Shown one piece after another: positions 63,274 through 64,000 of a stretch of 64,000 nt of DNA. The notes below the pieces were generated by a model. That model was not told the origin of the DNA. It worked only from the letters and a program-made list of their open reading frames with translations, and did no database searches. This stretch comes from a bacterium. GTDB taxonomy: Bacteria > Verrucomicrobiota > Kiritimatiellia > RFP12 > UBA1067. A program made the translations under genes and the position numbers. The stretch is taken from NCBI GenBank assembly GCA_025360845.1, contig JANYBJ010000303.1, forward strand, positions 1,545 to 65,544, written 5' to 3'. Positions within the stretch are counted from its first letter, which is position 1, and each line of letters starts with the position of its first letter.

Positions 63274-64000
63274 ATGCGCTACTTCAACACATTTGTGATG
63301 CTGACAGGCCTGCTGGCTGCGCTGTTGCCGCGCAGTGCGCCGGCACTCGACAACAGCGACTGCTTCACCTGCCACGAGGACAAGAAGCTGACCAAGAAGA
63401 GCGCGGACGGGAAGGTGATCGCGCTGTTTGTGGATGTTAAGAAGTACGGCACCTCCGTGCATGCCACCAACACCTGTACGACTTGCCACTCCGACATCAC
63501 CGAAGTGCCGCATCCGGACAAATTCGCGGCCAAGCCGGTCAACTGTGCCTCGTGCCACGAGAAGGCGGTGAGTTCCTACACCGCCAGCATTCACGGCCGC
63601 TCACGCCACGCGGGCAATATGAGCGCCGCCACCTGCGCCGACTGCCACAGTACGCATGACATCCAGTCGCCCAGGACAGCGGCCTCGCCCCTCCACCGTG
63701 AGAATCAAGGCGCCGTTTGCGGCAAGTGCCATCAAGAGATCATGGTCGAGGTCAGGAACAGCATTCACGGCAAGGCCATGGCGCATGGGGCGCCGGATGC
63801 GCCCACCTGTACGGACTGCCACGCCGACCACCAGATCAGCGGCCTGAAGGCGGTCTCGCCGCTGGAAGCGGCCAAAGAAGTTTGCAGTCAATGCCATGCT
63901 TCGGAACGGTTCAACGCCCGGTATAATCTGCCGCGGGACCGCGTCACGACCTTCTTGTCCAGCTATCACGGCATGGCGTCAAAGTTCGGCTCGAGCCGCA
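63274..64000 (+). CDS. Multihaem cytochrome c, 5' partial (runs off the window end)
   Basis: Not in the supplied ORF track; translated by hand. MRYFNTFVMLTGLLAALLPRSAPALDNSDCFTCH... has 7 CXXCH in 242 codons and no stop before 64000. It has the same S-[IV]-H-G / CxxCH module as the upstream gene. Confidence 0.8.
   Translation, partial: MRYFNTFVMLTGLLAALLPRSAPALDNSDCFTCHEDKKLTKKSADGKVIALFVDVKKYGTSVHATNTCTTCHSDITEVPHPDKFAAKPVNCASCHEKAVSSYTASIHGRSRHAGNMSAATCADCHSTHDIQSPRTAASPLHRENQGAVCGKCHQEIMVEVRNSIHGKAMAHGAPDAPTCTDCHADHQISGLKAVSPLEAAKEVCSQCHASERFNARYNLPRDRVTTFLSSYHGMASKFGSSR

Overview
High-GC (roughly 60-65% by eye) bacterial chromosomal segment. The gene content (Tat-signal Gfo/Idh/MocA oxidoreductases, futalosine menaquinone pathway, large secreted glycoside hydrolases, ParE/ParC-like type IIA topoisomerase pair) resembles an anaerobic PVC-type organism (Verrucomicrobiota/Kiritimatiellota/Lentisphaerota-like), but taxonomy cannot be proven from the sequence. 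Layout: (1) 0.2-11.5 kb, a sugar-acid catabolic operon best read as L-galactose (or L-fucose-type) oxidation to tagaturonate/fructuronate, plus a 1301-aa secreted glycoside hydrolase. (2) 11.6-16.5 kb, an accessory defence islet that is a decayed type I R-M locus: no hsdM, internally deleted hsdS, and an hsdR N-terminus fused in frame to a DUF45 peptidase tail. It still carries apparently intact passengers: a DUF1016/YhcG PD-(D/E)XK nuclease bracketed by a covarying hairpin repeat, and a low-GC AAA-ATPase + RloB (AbiL-like) pair. (3) 16.5-30.6 kb, housekeeping genes (oxidoreductase, parC/parE, cyclophilin, lgt, ispD) interrupted by a degraded PIN/Phd toxin-antitoxin remnant and by an atypical NRAMP-family transporter followed by a soluble PRC-barrel/MgtE-N/CBS protein. 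(4) 30.8-31.8 kb, a decayed RAYT/IS200-like HUH tyrosine transposase gene flanked by inverted, tandemly reiterated repeats. (5) 33.5-40.5 kb, argH, then an ExbB-ExbD-TPR cluster followed by a TonB/TolA-like anchored VWA protein. (6) 40.5-47.9 kb, HTH-EIIA regulator, aconitase, purN and hypotheticals. (7) 48-64 kb, the most interesting block: histidine kinase, PocR/AraC regulator and a receiver protein, plus an ImcH-like 7-haem membrane cytochrome and a complete futalosine operon containing two gene fusions. The block continues with a CbcL-like 11-haem cytochrome c fused to a b-type membrane domain, and a further multihaem cytochrome running off the window that is absent from the ORF track. No rRNA, tRNA or CRISPR array was recognised. 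Many long antisense ORFs are GC-driven shadow ORFs and were rejected.
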